DNA of 64,000 nucleotides from Mobula hypostoma (taxonomy: Eukaryota). The stretch spans positions 155,188,001 through 155,252,000 of the forward strand of contig NC_086097.1 in the NCBI RefSeq assembly GCF_963921235.1, in the 5' to 3' direction. This document shows positions 39,901 through 54,900 of the stretch, one piece after another. The notes under the pieces are model-generated. The model was given only the letters and a program-made list of their open reading frames with translations. It had not been told where the DNA came from and made no database searches. The number at the start of each line of letters is the position of its first letter. The stretch's first letter is position 1. The position numbers and the translations under genes were made by a program.

Positions 39901-42900
39901 GATTCTACTCCTTGCAGAAGACATGAAAACTCAAGAATATAAGGACAGGCTCAAGAAAAGCTTCTAACCTGCTATTACAAGACTCCCAAGCAGACCTCTC
40001 ATCAAATTGTCCTCCTTTCTCTCCCCCACTTTTTTATTTGGTTGTCTTCCTCTCTTTTCCTTTTGGTCCGAAACATTAACTACTTATTTTTCTGGATGCT
40101 GACATAACACCTGAAGCGTCCAGCAGGCAGCACCAACATCTCCAAGAGCAATGATGCCATCTGTCTGGATGGTGATGCTCACCCCAACTCACTGGGACTG
40201 ATTAAGTGGCGTTCAAGGCTGGTGGCTGCATGCATTAGTTCTTCAATCATGATACTTAATCTGCTTGTTAGAATCAACTGCTAAGGTTAGTCAATCTCTG
40301 TGGAATTGTTTCTGCGTGTCGGTACTGAAAAAAGACTTACCTGGGATCTAGCCTGTGGAAACACCCCTTTTGTTTTGTGGACTGACTGCATCATTTTCTC
40401 CTGAACCCTGAATCTTGTGAGACAGTCTATCTGAAGCCTTTATTGTGTATTCTTTGTGAACTCTTAAATTGCCTGTGTATTTTTGTTGGAATCTGAACAA
40501 GTGAATGTGGCAAGACAGTTGTACTGAGAACTTCTCACTGTTGAAGTAAAGTCTGAAGTCATTTGAGTCAGTGTCTGTGTACAATTGTACTTTGACCCAC
40601 CTATATCTTTTCTGCTGACTTATCCAGTGTTGTGTATGTGTTGCTCTGGATGTCCAGCATCTGCAGAGTTTCTTGTGTTCATGCAGGAAAATTATTCTTT
40701 TGATCTTTCAACCCATCTGACTTGATTTGATGCAAAATGACAGATTTCACTGTCTGTCTCGATGCACATGTCACAAATACACTCACTGGCCACTTTATTA
40801 GGTACCTCCTGTGCTGAGTACAGGTTTGTGGTCTTCTGCTGCCATTGTCTGCCCACTTCAAGGTTTGGCATGTTGTGCTTTCAGAGACATTCTTCTTCCA
40901 ACCACTTGTACCACATGGCTACTTAAGTTACGTCCAACTTCCAGGCAGCTTGATCCAGATTGGACTTCGTTCTCTGGCCTCTCTCATTAACAAAACATTC
41001 TGCCCACAGAAATGAGACTCACTAGATGTTCTTTAGTTTTGTGTTTTGTTTTGAACCATCTGTAAATACTAGATGATCAGCCATGATCACAGTGAATGGC
41101 GGTGCTGGCTCGAAGGGCCGAATGGCCTACTCCTGCACCTATTGTCTATTGTCTCGAGAGCATTGTGCATGAAAATACCAGCATGACTGGCTGATTAGAT
41201 ATTTGCCTTAATGAGCAGGTGTACCTAATGTGCCAGTGATTATATTCTACATTCTGTAGTGATTTTTGCTTTTACTACCTCAATGTATTTTTGCTTCAAA
41301 GTAATGTGTGTCTAGCTGTCAAAGTCAAAATTGAGTTTATTGTCTTGTGTGCAACTACATGTTTGCACAGGGCACTGAAAAACTGGCTTCCAGCAACATA
41401 TATGGCTCATAGCATCAGATAAGCACCATTCACAAGAAATTAAATTTATGTACAATATTTTCAAGAATGAACACCATTAGAAAATGAAGTGATCAAAGCA
41501 AAACCAAGTTTTACACTTCATCTCATTACATGTGACAATAACAAACCAATATTAAATAGAGGGAGGAAGTTAAAGCTCCCAGGGCAAACACGTGTGTTCA
41601 CATGGAGAACGTACAAGCTCCACACAGACAGCACAAAGGTCAAGGGGCATCACTCTTGCGTGGCAGTTACCAGGATGCTATGACAGCTCAGGTCGTCAGA
41701 GTTCACATTTCAATTTTGGCACCGTCTGCAAGGGGCTTATTCATACTCCCTGTGATCAAGTGGGTTTCCTCCACAGTCCAAAGTCGTACAATTTAGTAGG
41801 ATAATTAGTAATTGAGTATGGTCCTGCCATTGGGGTCATGTTAAGTCGGCGAGTTGTTGGACCAGAAAGGCCTGTTCTGCGTTCTATCTCAAAATAAAAT
41901 GAATTAAATTTTATTTCATTCTGCTGTTTCTGCCCAGATCAGAGCTGCCTTCAGGCAGCAAATCTACTGGCTCCAACATGGTGTCATACCATCAATCAAG
42001 GTCTCATCACTGGCATTGTTGGCCCCTTGGACAAATATTTTTGTAAACTTTCTACCAACACTCTCACTGTCCCGTCCCACCATCCCTCTAAGACTTGCAC
42101 AGCACTCACAAATTTGGTTCCTGGCTCTCTTGAAGATTTTCTGAGAGTCATACCACACCGTCTGACAGTCCTCCTGGAGCCTGTAATAACGGAACTTCAT
42201 CCAAAAATGAGACTTAATTTTCAGCAGACGGCTCCCTTTGAGCATGACTTCAAGATCTTCTTCGTTGAAGTCTTCTGAGGAAAACAGAGAGGACACATCA
42301 GTCAGAGAGACGCCAGAAAGGCAGAAAGGAAGTGAAGGCTAAGAAGGTAATGAAGGAAAAGAGGGAGCGAAGGAGGAATGGGATAGGTAACTGGAGAATG
42401 CCTAGAGCAGGGAAAAGGTGTTAATGTTCAGGAGAGAGCAAACAATAAGATATGATACTAATCCACAACACAGGCCCTTGTTATGTGACAGAACCCATGG
42501 AAATCATGCAGCCCAGACAGTGAACCTGGCTGAATTTCTAAAGATCTCTGCTCATCAACTGTATGGAGTATTTACTGTTATCTTTAACTTTTCGCTACAG
42601 CAGTCTGAGGTACCCACCTACCTCAAGCAGATATCGATCATACTGGTACCCAAGGAGATTCAGGTAACCTGCTTCAATGATGATCATTCAGTAGCATTTA
42701 TATCCAATCCAATCCACCTACCATCACAACAGGTTACAGCAGATGCTATTTCATTGACTCTCCCCTCAGCCCTAGAACATCTGCACAGGGAAGATGCACA
42801 CAGCAGGACACTCTTCATTGATTACAGATCAGTAGTCAATGCTATCATTGCATCAAAACTAATCAATAAACTACAAGACCCTGACTTCAATACCTCTTTG

Positions 42901-45900
42901 CAAATGGGTCCTCAATTTGCTCACTTATTGACGCCAGTCACCAGACTGACATCTCTTCCACAATCACCATCAACACAGGTGCACCACAAGGCAGTGTGCT
43001 TAACCCCATACTCTACTTGCTTTATACTTGAGACTGTGAGGCTAAAGATAACTCCAATGGTATATTAAGAGCATAAGACCATAAGACAAAGGAGCAGAAG
43101 TCGGCCATTCGGCCTGAGTGTGCCCCGCCATTTTATCATGAGCTGATCCATTCTCCCATTTAGTCCCACTCCCCCGCCTTCTCACCATAACCTTTGATGC
43201 CCTGGCTACTCAGATACCTATCAATCTCTGCCTTAAATACACCCAATGACTTGGCCTCCACTGCTGCCCATGGCAACAAATTCCATAGATTCACCACCCT
43301 CTGACTAAAAAATTTTTTTCGCATTTCTGTCCTGAATGGGCGCCCTTCAATCCTTAAGTCATGCCCTCTCGTACTAGACTCCCCCATCATGGGAAAAATC
43401 TTTGCCACATCCACTCTGTCCATGCCTTTCAACATTCGAAATGTTTCTATGAGGTCTCCCCTCATTCTTCTAAACTCCAAGGAATACAGTCCAAGAGCGG
43501 ACAAACGTTCCTCATATGTTAACCCTCTCATTCCCGGAATCATTCTTGTGAATCTTCTCTGCACCCTCTCCAACGTCAGTACATCCTTTCTTAACTAAGG
43601 AGACCAAAACTGCCCACAGTACTCCAAGTGAGGTCTCACCAGTGCCTTATAGAGCCTCAACATCACATCCCTGCTCCTATGCTCTATTCCTCTAGAAATG
43701 AATGCCAACATTGCATTCGCCTTCTTCACTACCGACTCAACCTGGAGGTTACTTTAAGGGTATCCTGTACGAGGACTCCCAAGTCCCGTTGCATTCTAAG
43801 TTTGCTGACAATACCACTGGTTTTGGGCTAAATCAAAGCTAAATAACATACAGGGAAAATGAAAATCTAGATGAATGGTGCCACAACAACAATTTCTCAC
43901 TTAACATATTGTTGTGCGGGCCCTCTCAGCAGTGGCAACTGAACTCGACGAAGAAGTGCTTCTCGCAGGTCAGAGACGGTTATTTAAAACAAGAGCTTTG
44001 CGGGCATTAGTCCATTGTGCGGGGCCTATCAGCGGCGGCAACTGAGCTCAACGAACTAACTAAAAGTACAGATGGGATAAGCAGAGCGGCCATTGTCGGG
44101 AGCAGGCCAGTGGCGAGAGTAGAAGCGACAGGCTTTGGCTCATTCGGGCTTCGGCGAGGTAAGTGGGTAGGTGGACTTCATTTTTGGGTTTTCATTGCAT
44201 TTTTTTGAGGAATAGAGAGCATGCCCGATAGGGTTAGTATTTTGTTCTGGGTGTCGGATGTGGGAATCCTGGGAATTTTCCTGTCTCCCAGATGGCCACA
44301 TCTGCTCTAGGTGCACTGAGCTGCAGCTCCTGAGAGACGGTGTTAAGGATCTGGAGCTGCGGCTCGAAGACCTACAGCTTATTAGCGAGAGTGAACAGGA
44401 GATAGAGAGGAGCTACAGGGAGTTAATCACCCCGAGGCTGAAGGAGGTAGATAAGTGGGTGACGGTCAGGGAAGCGAAAGGAAGAGCTCTGATAGTAGAG
44501 AGCACCCCTGTGGCCATCCACCTCAGTAATCTTTATCTGACTTTGGATGCGATTGAGGGGGATGACCATGGCACTGAGCGTGGTGCAGAAGGGAAAGAGG
44601 AAGATGAGGAATGTGGTAGTCATAGGGGGATCCAGAGTGAGGGGAAAGAAAGGAGGTTCTGTCAGCCTGATAGAGATACCCACATGGTGTGTTGCCTCCC
44701 AGGTGCCAGGGTACGAGATGTCTTGGTTCAGGTGCAGGGTATTCTGAAGGGAGAGGGTGAACAGCCAGAAGTCTTGGTACACGTTGGTACCAATGACAAA
44801 AGTAGAAAAAGTGAGGAGCTATTGGAGAGAGAATTCAGGGAGTTAGGAAGGAAGCTGAAAAGCAGGACCTCTTGGGTAGTAATCTCAGGATTGCTGCCTG
44901 TGCCACGTGCTAGCAAGTGCAAGAATAGCATGATCAGGTGTCTTAATGCGTGGCTGAGAGACTGATGTAAGGGGCAGGGCTTCAAATTCCTGGATCATTG
45001 GGGCCTCTTCTGGGGAGGTACGACCTGTACAAAATGTACGGGTTACACTTGAACCCAAAGGGGTCCAATATCCGAGCGGGCATATTTACTAGAGCTGTTA
45101 GGGAGGGTTTAAATTAATTTGGTAGGGGGATGGGAACTGGGGTGATAGGGCTGAGGAAGGGGAAAACAGAAATAAATCAAAGATAGCGTGCAACAGAGAT
45201 GATAGAAAGCACAGGCAGAAGATGAGGCATAATCACATCCAGTGGGATGAGTTACAGGGCAATAGAGGCGTGGTGCAGTTAAAACAGAAAGCAACAAATA
45301 CTGGACCAAAAATGTATATATTTGAATGCCTGCAGCACAAGAAATAAAATGGCCAATCTTGAAATTCAGCCACAGATTAGCAAGATTGACGTTGTGGCCA
45401 TTTCTGAAACTTGGCTAAAGGATGGCTGTCACTGGGAGCTGAACGTGCAAAGATATTCAGTGTATCGGAAAGATAGGTTAGTAGGCAGAGGGGGTGGTGT
45501 GGCCCTGTGTATAAGAAATAATATTGGCCGAGGACTTCCGGGTCATCAAGGGGAATGGCGGCGTAAGGAAAAGGTCTCTCGACAAAAAAGAAGGTAAACT
45601 GCCCCAAAATCGAATTTAGACAAATACTTAATATTGCATAACTATATTAATAAAAGGGGCAAGGATGATGTCTAAGAACAAGAATAAAAAGTCCGCTTCG
45701 AAGGCTGATAAACGTAAAGAGATACAGCAAGGCGAAGGGCCTAGCTCTCCCACGGCAAGCCAGGACGGAGATAATGAGGGGGAATCGGTGACTCTGTCTT
45801 TGATTCTCGGAGAGATTCGCGAGTTCCGACAAGATAACAGCAAACAGCTGGAAGATATTAAAGGAGAAATAGTAAAAACTAACTCGCGGATAGATGAAGC

Positions 45901-48900
45901 CGAAGCGAGGATTGTTGGAATTGAAGAGAAGCTACAAAACGCCGAGGAAGTGATAGCAGAAATGTTGAAGCTACAAGACCAACTCCAGTGGAAACTAATA
46001 GATCAAGGCGGCCGCTCGAGAAGGGAAAATGTGAGGATCTACGGAGTTCCCGAAGGAACCGAAGGTAAACCAGGATTGATGATTCCCTTCGTGGAGAAGC
46101 TGCTTAGAGAGAACCTTGATATGCCGGCCGCAAAAGACCTACAGATAGAAAGGGCTCACCGCGCGTTGGCACCACAGCCCCCGGCAGGTGCCCAGCCCAG
46201 ATCGATTCTGATCAGATTTCTCAGTTACAGAATGAAGGAAAAGGTGCTTAAAAGAGCATGGCAAAAGAAAGGTTTCATGTGGAACAACTGCAAAATCAGT
46301 TTAGACCACGACTACGCACCGGGGATTCTTGCCAGACGGAAGGAATATACGGAAACACGGAGAGTCCTGAAGGAAAACAACATCAGATTCCAGACCCTGT
46401 ATCCAGCTCGGCTGAGAGTCTTTTACGACGAAGGGACAAAAACTTACGCTACGGTGGAGGAGGCAACGTCGGACCTGGCGGACCGGGGACTACCTATTAA
46501 AGTTATCACCCAACCGGAGTCGCTACTGGAGAGGATTCGGCAGAAGTCGTGGCAGTTAGTGGGGCGAGACGCTCCACTCGAACCAGAGTGTCAAACTACA
46601 AGGAAAAGCTGCAAATATTCAGACGCGAATGTACAGAGAATACAGATTAATTAAGAGAAATGACTGAAAAGAGTAAATCGGACTTAAAAGTAAAATGAAA
46701 ACTGGTAACTGAAAATAAACTAGGCGGAATAACTTGAATGATAGCAATATGGTCGAGACATAAATAGGAGAAAATTCTCTATGATTATTCAAACTGCTGA
46801 GGGCCCTCTAACACAGGGTGAAGATCGAGGTTATCCCTCTGAACTGAGGCGGGTCGGTGCTCAGGCCTCATTGTGGGAAGTCGGGGAAAATTTTCAAATG
46901 TTATACGTTCAGAAATGTCTAGGGTGTGGTTATATGTCTCGGTTTACTGTTGAGAAGGGATTGCTTACTGTTTGGTTAGAAAAGGAGAGTGCTTTTTTTC
47001 TACTAGAGAAAAATGCAAACTGAATTGGTAAAAATAATTTCCTATAATGTTAATGGGGTTTTGAATCCAATTAAAAGAAATAAGATTATGTCTAAATTGA
47101 AAAAAGAGAGGGCACAAATAGCTTTCCTCCAGGAAACACATATGAGCCAATCTGAACATGGAAAATTAAAAAGAATGGGCTTTAAGCATGTATTTTATTC
47201 ATCATATAAATTGAGTCACAAAAGAGGGGTAGCTACTTTAATATCAAGTACTCTTAATTATGAACATATTTCAGAGACTAGAGACAAAGAAGGACAGTTT
47301 GTAAAAATCACAGGAAGAATAGAAGGTACAGAAATAACATTGCTGAATGTTTATGCTCCTCCAGGTAGTGAATGGTCATTTTATAGACACATTTTTGACC
47401 TAATGGTCAGTTCTCGAGGGGTAGTAATTTGTGGAGGGGATTTTAATATTAGATTAAATCCTATATTAGATTCTTCAAGAATAGTTACTCAGAATAAACC
47501 TCTGACTCGGAAAGTGAATTCATTGATGGAGGAGTTGGGAATTATAGATGTCTGGAGGGAATTACACCCTACGAGTAAAGATTATACATATTACTCTTTC
47601 CCTCATTCAGCCTATTCAAGGATAGACTATTTCTTTATCTTTAATACAGATAGACTCAGGATAAAAAACTGTAATATTGCAACAATTGATCTGTCGGATC
47701 ATAGCCCAGTCTCTATGTCTCTAATCCTGGAAAAGAAAATGAGGAAAACACTATGGAGGCTAAACTCACATATACTTAATAACCCAAAAGTAATGGAGAG
47801 ATTAAGGGGAGAAATCAAAGAATATCTAGACCTTAATGACACGGGAGAAACATCACCAGTGATTTTATGGGATACATTGAAAGCTGTACTGAGAGGGAAA
47901 ATTATTTCCATTACTACTCACATGAAAAAAATCAATGCACAAAAATTAGCAGACCTTCAAGGAAAATTAAAGCAACTTCAAGTTGGGGATAGCAACAAAA
48001 GTAATTCAAATCGAAAACAGGAAATTAGGAAATTGCAAAGTGAAATTGATGATATTTATACGTTGGAAACGCAAAGAAATTTTCTTTACCTGAGACAAAA
48101 GAATTATGAAGTAGGAGGTAAATCAGCTAGATTATTAGCATATAAATTACGAAAACAAGCAGACAATACAATTCATAAAATAAAGAATCCAAAGACAAAG
48201 CTTGTGGAGAGTACAATAGGGAAGATTCAAGAGAGTTTTGAAACGTATTATCGAGAGCTGTACTCCCAACCCCGGGCCCCCAATGAGCCCTATATGGACA
48301 GTGTATTGAATTTTTTAGATCTACCTAAACTTACAGATTTACAAAATGAAAGTTTATTAGAACCAGTAACTGTCAAAGAACTGAACGTGGCCATCTCTAG
48401 GTTAAAGGCTGGAAAGTCCCCGGGTTCTGATGGGTTTACCTCAGAGTGGTACAAGTCCCTGAAGACACAGTTAGCCCCATTACTACTTAACACCTTTAAT
48501 TGGATCTTGCAGAGAGGAGAAACTCCACCTTCCTGGAGAGAAGCGATTATTTCAGTTATTCCTAAAGAGGGTAAAGATAAACTAGAATGTGGCAATTATC
48601 GGCCAATTAGTGTTCTTAATTTAGATTACAAACTATATTATCTATAAACATCTATATTAGCGCGCAGATTGGAAAAGCTTTTACCTGGCCTAATCCATTT
48701 AGACCAGATTGGATTTATTCAACAAAGACAAACACAGGACAACATAAGGAGAACTCTGCACATATTAGAACAGGTTAATAAGAACGAGACAGAGACAATG
48801 GTAGTAGGATTGGACGCTGAGAAAGCTTTTGATTTGGTTAGTTGGGCATTCCTATACAGAGTGTTAGGAAGATTCGGCTTTCAAGAAAGGTTTATTAAAG

Positions 48901-51900
48901 TAATTCAGACTCTATATGACAGCCCAACAGCCCGAATTAAGATAAATGGGGACCTCTCTGACTCCTTCATTTTAGAGAGAGGCACTAGACAGGGATGCCC
49001 AATTTCTCCTCTCCTTTTTGCGCTATATATTGGACCACTTGCCCAACTAATAAGACAGAGCGAAATCGTAAAAGGTATCAAGGTGGCAGGGATTGAACAG
49101 AAAGTGGCATTATTCGCAGATGATGTTTTGGTCTATCTGAGTGAACCAGAAAAATCATTTATAGGATTGTTTACACTGTTGGATGACTTTGGGAAAATAT
49201 CAGGTTATAAAATAAATGTAAAGAAAATGCAGGTTATGTCCCTAAATTATACACCATCCAAAAAATTGCAGGATACATACAATCTTAAGTGGGAAGCTAA
49301 ATCATTAAAATATTTAGGAATAACCCTGCCGAAGGATCTTTCAACACTGTCACAGGTAAATTATGGGCCATTAATCTCAGAGATAAAAGCAGATATGCAT
49401 AGATGGAATCTTATCCCCTTTTTAAGTTTAAATTCAAGGATAAATACTATAAAAATGAATATTCTTCCTCGGTTATTATATCTTTTCCGTACTTTACCAG
49501 TGGAGGTGGATGATAATCAATTCAGGGAATGGGACAAATGGATTTCCCGCTTCATTTGGCAAGGAAGGAAACCTAGAATTCGATATAACACCTTACAGTT
49601 AGGGAAGGAAAGAGGAGGTATGGTTCTTCCTTGCCTGAGAAATTATTTTTATGCCTCACAGATAACCCCTCTGTTATATTGGTGCAATAGGGAATATAAG
49701 GCTAGATGGAAGGAAATAGAATTTGGATTAGTTGACAGTTTTCCTCTTCAGGCCTCAATAGCTGACAAAGGATTGATGGCCCAGTTGGAAAAATTTAATA
49801 ATGCTTGGATAAATCTTACATTAAAAGTATGGCAGAAGGTGGTTAATTCATGTGGAATTAATAACATGCTAAAACTCTTTAGATGGTGTGCATATGATAC
49901 TGAATTCCTTCCCAACAGAGGAGATAAAAGATTTGAGCTATGGATAAAGAAAGGTCTTACAACCTACCTCTCATTTATAGATAAAAGAGTATTACAAAGT
50001 TTCCAAATCCTGCAGGACAAACATGGCCTAGAACATAATGACTTTTTTAGGTACCTTCAAATACGAAACTATGTTAACCAGAGTTGTAGATATACAGACC
50101 TATCAACAGTAGAATTAGAATTTTTCAAGATTCTGAATTCGGCTTGCAGTTCAATACCTAGTAAATCAGTTTCTCGCCTATATAATGCACTCTCCCATGC
50201 TAAAAATGTAAATACACTGTATATTAAAGAGAAGTGGGAGAAAGAAGCGGGGTTGGTACTTTCAGAGGAGGCTTGGGGGAAAATCTGCAGCTTTCAATGG
50301 TCCTCGACTAATTCTTTGACTTGGAGAGAACATTGTTGGAAAAACATTATAAGATACTTCAAGACCCCATATCAGGAAAAATATAAAGATACAAATGTGA
50401 TGTGTTGGAGAAGGTGCGGCTCCAAGGAGGCAAATCATTTTCATATTTTCTGAGATTGCCCTAAATTAAGTCTATTTTGGGAAGGTATTCATAGAACATT
50501 AGTTAAGGTACTTAGGTCCCAGATACCTCTGAACTTTGAGACGCTCTATTTGGGGCATGTATTGTTCCTTGAACAGAAGGAAGATATAAAGTTGCTGCAG
50601 GCCCTCTTAACAGCAAGTAAGAAATCAATCACTAGAAAATGGCTAAATCCAATACCACCTACATTAGAAGATTGGTACGAAATTATCTTGGAAATATTTA
50701 AAATGGAAAAGTTGACTTACTCCCTGAGAACTCAAAAAGAAACATTCTATCAAATCTGGAATAAATGGATTGAATATATAACCCCAATGCGAGCAGACTT
50801 TAGATGACTCTCCTAATGATTTATATTGCTCTTCTCATCAACACAGTAATATTGCTAACGTAAGCACCCCTAGTCTAAATGTTTGTTGTTTTTCTTTGGA
50901 AAATAGAAAATTAACACAAGTAAAGGGAAAGATTTGGGAAAGGGATAAAAAAAAAATGAAAAAATTAAGTAAATAAGTACATAGGGATTGGATAATTATG
51001 TCTGCGGGCAGGAACAAGCACGAACAAATTGGGATATAAACACCTACAATGGTTGGTATATAGGCTTGTATGCAACATTTTGGACCAGTGGAAATGGTCC
51101 AGAAGGGTTGTATGGAAACTATTATTACCATTTTTCTTAACAACTAATTTCATTACTTAGCCTAATAGGTTAGATTTACCACAGTACATAATTATCTATT
51201 TAAATGTTTATTTTCCTTTTATATCATCTCAATGTGTACTTAAGAATGTATAAATAATTGTAGTTTTATACATATAAAAAAATGGAAAAGGTTATATGTG
51301 TGAAAAAAGTACATGATAATTGTGAATTCCTTATCCAAATAAAAATAAAATTAAAAAAAAAAGAAATAATATTAAATCATTAGAAAGGGATGACATAGGA
51401 TAGGAAGGTGTAGAGTGTCTATGGGTTGAGCTAAGAAATGACAAGGGTAAAAGGACCCAAATGGCAGTTGTATTCAGGCCTCCAAACAGCAGCCAGGATG
51501 TGGATTACAAATTACAGCAGAAGACAGAAAAGGCGTGTCAGAAGGCAGTGTCATGATAATCTTTGGGGATTTTAACATGAAAGTGGATTGGAAAAAGCAG
51601 GCAAGTACTGGACATCAAGAGAGAGAATTTGTAGAATGTCTAAGGGATGGATTTTTGGAACACCCAAGTCATTGGGTGTATTTAAGGCAGAGATAGATAG
51701 GTTCTTGATTAGCCAGGACATCAAAGGATATGGGGTGAAGGCAGCGAAGTGGGGATGACTGGAAGAAATGCATCAGCCCATGATTGAATGGCGGAGCAGA
51801 CTCGATGCCGAGTGGCCTACTTCTGTTCCTATATCTTATGGTCTTATGGTCCAACATCAGCCAAGCCAAATATGTGTTTCTTTGACTGCAGGAGGAAGAA

Positions 51901-54900
51901 ATCAGGGGATTATCAGCATGAGCACAACCTTTGAACACACTTGCAAAGACAGTACAACTCAGCTTCTCAAAGTTATTTATTTACTTATTATTATTATATT
52001 GTATTAGCATAGTTTCTCATCTTTTACACGTTGGTTGTTTATCAGTCTTTGTGTGCAGTTTAGCTTTGATTCTATTGTATTGTGGCGAGCATTCGGTACA
52101 TGATGACAAACGAGGAAAGCTCACTCATCTCAACTGCTCTTTCTATTGCGACATGCACAATAACAGAGCGCAAAGCTTGGTGAGAAGTAACTCAATCACA
52201 TACAGATAGGGAGGTTATTAGTGCACATCCTGGTTACATTCAGGGTGGCACACAAACACACAAATGAACAACTGAATAACCCGAGCTGAAATGTAACAAA
52301 AACTGAACTCGAACATCTCACTATAATTGTACTGAATACACACATTATGAATGCAATTTTCAAACATAAATGCTGGGGGCGTGAATAACCCCCAGATCTT
52401 TGGAGCTGTCCCACACCAGATACTTTCTCTTCTCCCGTCTCCCATCAGTCGGAAGATGCAAAAGCCTTAAAGCACAAACCAGCACCAGACACAAGAACAG
52501 CTTCTATCTTCCTGTTATAAGACGATTGAACGGTCCCCTTGTACAATAAGATCTTTATTTTACAATCTATCTCAATATAATCTCGCATGTAATCAAAAGG
52601 ATCTGCAGTGTTATGGACATAGAGACCATGGAGTGGAGGCAGGTTTCTCTGATGGGGAAAGCTGTCTGTATTTCTCACTGCCTCAGTAAAGCAGCCAGCA
52701 TCATCAAAGACCTTCCCACCTCAGACATTCTTTCTTCTGGAGTTGCACAGTGGAGAGTATCCTGACTGGTTGCCTAATGGCCTGGTATGGAAAGACCAAT
52801 GTTCAAGAATGTAAAGGCCGACAAAAAGTGATGGATACGGCCCAGTCCAGAGGAAAAGCCCCAACATCCACCATTGAGCACATCTATCAGAAGCACTGCC
52901 AGAAGAAAGCAGCATCGATTTTCAAGGACGTCCGCCATCTAGGCCACGCTCCCTTCTCATTGTTGCCATCAGGACGGAGGCACAGGATCTATATTTCCCA
53001 CACCACCAAGTTCAGGAACAGTTATTACCCTTCAACCATGAGGCTCCTGAACCAGTGTGGATAATTTCCCTCACCTTAACACTGAACAGATCACTGAGCA
53101 CAACCTTTGAACACACTTTCAATGGCAATACAGCTCATGTTCTCAAAGTTACTTATTTACTTGTTATTATTATGTTGTATCAGCATAATTTGTCATCTTT
53201 TGCACATTGGTTATTTGTCAGACTTTGTGTGTAGTTTATCTTTGATTCTATCGTATTGTGGCGAGCATTTGGTACATAATGGCAGATGACAAAAGCTCAC
53301 TCATCTCAACTGCTCTTCCTATTGCGACATGCACAATAACAGAGCGCAAAGCTTGGTGAGAACTCAGTCACACACTGACGGAGGAGATGATTACTACACA
53401 CCACGGTTACATTCAGAATGGCACACAAACACACAAGTGAACAACTGTATTACCCGAGCTGAAATGTAACAAAAACTAAATTTGAACATCTCAACATAAT
53501 TGTACTAAACACACAGCGCTGGCTGCTAGGAATGCTGGGGGCGTGCTGACAACCACATCCCCGGTGTGCAACACTATTATTAATTGTATTGGGAAGGTCC
53601 AGAAGAAAATGAATTTCAGGATAGTATATGGTGACATATATGGAATTTGAAAATAAATTTACTGTGAACTTTAAACTTTGAGAAATAAATCTGAACTTAA
53701 CCATTAAATTTCTTCCCTCTCACCTTTAACATGTGCCCTCTAGTCCTCGATTCACCAGTCCAAGGAAAAAGACTTAGTACATTCACACTACCTATGCCAC
53801 TTATAGTTTTAGACACTGCTATAAGGTCACGCTTCAGCCTGCTACACTTCAATTAAAGTTCTCGACTATCCAAGTTGGGATAGATGCAGAGATACAGCTT
53901 GTTTTCACATCTCTCTTCATCCAGGGTTTAATTGTGACTTGGGATTGTTAATTCCACTCTGCTGGTTTGTGCTCATCATTGTATTTATTGTTGGAATCAT
54001 TGACATGGTCTCAGCATACAAGGACATGGGAACCAATTCCTTGAAGAGCACCCGTCAGTTCACTGGAAGAAACCAGTACGTCTGCAGAAGTGTAGTGGTC
54101 AGTGGTGATCACTTTCCAGTGCTAGCAATCACTGGTAAGGGTTCGATTCCCACTGCTGCCTGTAAGGAGCTTGCCTGTTCTCCCTGTGGGCACCTGGGAT
54201 TCCTTTGGGTCCTCTGGTATTCTGCCACATTCCAAGTAGGTACAGGTTCAGGTTAGTGAGTTGTGGCATGCAATGTTGGCGCTGGATGCGTGCCAACATT
54301 TACGGTGTGCCCAGAGCCCATCCTCAGACCGTGTAAGTCCTCAATACAAGACTGCACGTTTCACTGAATATTTCGACGTGTTATAAATAAAGCTAATCTT
54401 TAAAGGGCTGGCTGAGATTACTTCTTTAAGAGTTAAATAAGAGAAGAGGGCAAAGGAGTGGGAGCGAAAAAAAAGATTATGCGAAACAGAAATATACGTG
54501 GCAGGAACTCAATGCATAAAAGCATGTAGCCGTGTACAAGAGGATCAATTGCTGTTCAGACCAAATATCAGAATGGGGTAGAAACGTGATCTAAGTGACT
54601 TTGACCACAGAATGATAGTTGGTGCCAGACAGAGTGGTCTGTGTTTCCCAGAAACTGATGAGCTGGAATTTTAAAGCACAACAGTCTCTTGAGTTTTCAG
54701 AGAATGGTGCAAAAACCATCCAAACACCTTGTTAATTAAAAGGGACAGTGGAAAATGGCCAGCCAAGCTCAAGCTGACAGGAAGACTCTGGGAACACAAG
54801 TAACCATATATTACAACAGTGCTGTGTAGAACAGCATCTCTGAATGCACAATACATCAAACCTTGAAGTGAATGGGTTACAACAGCAGAAGACCAAGAAA

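Larger units (their letters stand above)
45526..51360 (+). mobile_element. Full-length L1-clade LINE with 13-bp TSD
   Basis: TSD AAGAAATAATATT at 45513-45525 and 51361-51373; GC-rich 5'UTR, ORF1, ORF2, AATAAA and poly(A). Confidence 0.95.
43908..51850 (+). mobile_element. CR1 LINE (ORF1 zinc-finger/esterase, start of ORF2, 3' tail), internally deleted and interrupted by an L1
   Basis: ORF 44258..44965 with CxxC, CLPGA, HVGTND; endonuclease frame ...VALCIRNNI (45525) resumes as KSLERDDIG...LWVELRN (51374); 3'UTR and TCTTATGG tail at 51667-51850. Confidence 0.85.

Noticed and set aside
6077..42274. Identity as PLC-zeta or as PRIP/PLCL
   Set aside because: A PH domain is present (absent in PLC-zeta); the His356 equivalent is kept, the protein ends right after C2 and the gene has delta-like small exons, unlike PLCL.
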